Source of the DNA: Thermoplasmata archaeon | Lineage (GTDB): Archaea > Thermoplasmatota > Penumbrarchaeia > JAEHCK01 > GCA-020356005 | Assembly (NCBI GenBank): GCA_020356005.1 | Contig: CP070629.1 | Location: 2,992,765-3,044,488 of the forward strand | DNA: 51,724 bases | Direction of reading: 5' to 3' | Part shown: piece after piece, positions 50,870-51,724 of the stretch | Position numbering within the stretch: the first letter of the stretch is position 1 | Layout of the letters: each line of letters starts with the position of its first letter | The notes under the pieces: generated by a model | Databases searched by the model: none | What the model was told of the DNA's origin: nothing | The model's input: the letters and a program-made list of their open reading frames with translations, nothing else | Position numbers and translations under genes: made by a program

Positions 50870-51621
50870 ACATAAAGGTTGTGATTTACATTTTTGATCT
50901 GGACCCCATGGAATCCGAAAGACTCGTCAGGATTGTCTTCTTGACACTTTATGTATCGGGTATGAGCACTCTAATTTCAAGTCTTATCGGAATACCTGCT
51001 GGGATATTTCTAGGTTTAAGAAAGACCAGGTATGCCCTCCTGATAAAGGTCTTTACGCATACACTTTACGGCCTACCGCCGGTTATTGCTGGACTGCTCG
51101 TGTTCATGCTGCTTTCTCGGGCTGGTCCGCTGGGTGAACTGGGAATTCTTTTTACACCGACAGCAATGATAATTGCGCAGGTTCTGCTTATAACGCCTCT
51201 AATAATGGGTCTTAGCGCTTCTGCAATAAGCTCGATACCTCCAGGGGTTATAGACACTGCACGCACACTGGGAGCGCGGCGCTCCAGCATGCTGGAGACA
51301 ATGATAGTTGAATCCAGGGTAGGGATATTCACTGCCGTAATGATCGGATTTGGAAGGGCCATCTCAGAGGTCGGGGCGGTCATCATCGTTGGCGGTAATA
51401 TCAAATGGCACACGCAGGTAAGGACAACAGCAATAATACTGGAGACACAGAAAGGTAATTTCTATTTTGCTTTGATACTTGGCGCAATACTTTTGATTCT
51501 AGCATTTACCACCTCGATTATCCTAACAATACTTCAGAGCAAGTACAAGAACGGTTTTTTCACAAGATTTATAGGCAGGGTAAGAAACGGAAGAGGGCAG
51601 GAGGGACGAAGTGGTGATTAG
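50866..51621 (+). CDS. tupB: Tungstate ABC transporter permease
   Basis: The ATG overlaps the tupA stop (ATGA). It has five or six TM helices and an EAA-loop-like segment IDTARTLGARRSSML. Confidence 0.8.
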   Translation: MNIKVVIYIFDLDPMESERLVRIVFLTLYVSGMSTLISSLIGIPAGIFLGLRKTRYALLIKVFTHTLYGLPPVIAGLLVFMLLSRAGPLGELGILFTPTAMIIAQVLLITPLIMGLSASAISSIPPGVIDTARTLGARRSSMLETMIVESRVGIFTAVMIGFGRAISEVGAVIIVGGNIKWHTQVRTTAIILETQKGNFYFALILGAILLILAFTTSIILTILQSKYKNGFFTRFIGRVRNGRGQEGRSGD

Positions 51622-51724
51622 TACCGAGAATCTAACCAAGAAATTCGAAGGTAAGGTTGCGTTAAAGAACATCAGGATGACTGTGGAAAAGGGGCAGATA
51701 CTTGGTATATTCTGTCCCTCGTGT
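51611..51724 (+). CDS. tupC: ABC transporter ATP-binding protein, 5' fragment (runs off the window)
   Basis: The GTG overlaps the tupB end. The N-terminus VVISTENLTKKFEGKVALKNIRMTVEKGQILGIF is typical of ABC ATPases. The window ends inside the P-loop region. Confidence 0.65.
   Translation, partial: MVISTENLTKKFEGKVALKNIRMTVEKGQILGIFCPSC

Overview
This is an archaeal chromosomal segment of 51.7 kb with about 48 protein-coding genes. I saw no rRNA, tRNA, CRISPR array, transposase or integrase. The archaeal assignment rests on TBP, RFC small subunit, a class-I CCA-adding enzyme, pyruvoyl arginine decarboxylase, archaemetzincin, an Sm-like protein, Lrp/AsnC regulators and frequent GGAGG-type ribosome-binding sites. 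The lineage cannot be assigned from sequence alone.

Housekeeping genes are interleaved with several other gene classes:
- three very large membrane-anchored surface proteins (PQQ-propeller/PKD, beta-helix/Ig-like, and a GT2 synthase with a big N-terminal domain)
- transporters (APC-USP, MscS, a MacB-type ABC, tungstate TupABC)
- signalling ATPases (a KaiC-like protein and a STAND-TPR protein)
- a wHTH-MNT/HEPN toxin-antitoxin pair

The most interesting observations are:
1. A nine-gene co-directional cluster at 14993-19486. It has two stand-alone Cdc48-N-like barrels, three paralogous coiled-coil proteins, a double PRC-barrel protein, a TM coiled-coil protein, a zinc-ribbon protein and a membrane-anchored single-module AAA+ ATPase. 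I cannot map it to any named system.
2. A single-repeat 'half' TBP with a Gly/Lys/Glu tail at 8263-8673, in addition to a normal two-repeat TBP.
3. A STAND ATPase whose P-loop domain is split by a DUF835-like insertion.
4. Pervasive, modular intergenic repeats. These are 7-9-nt degenerate word arrays, strand-biased C-free or G-free blocks, and roughly 175-bp imperfect palindromes sitting inside an ABC-transporter operon.

All domain calls come from motif recognition by eye. No database search or numerical computation was run.
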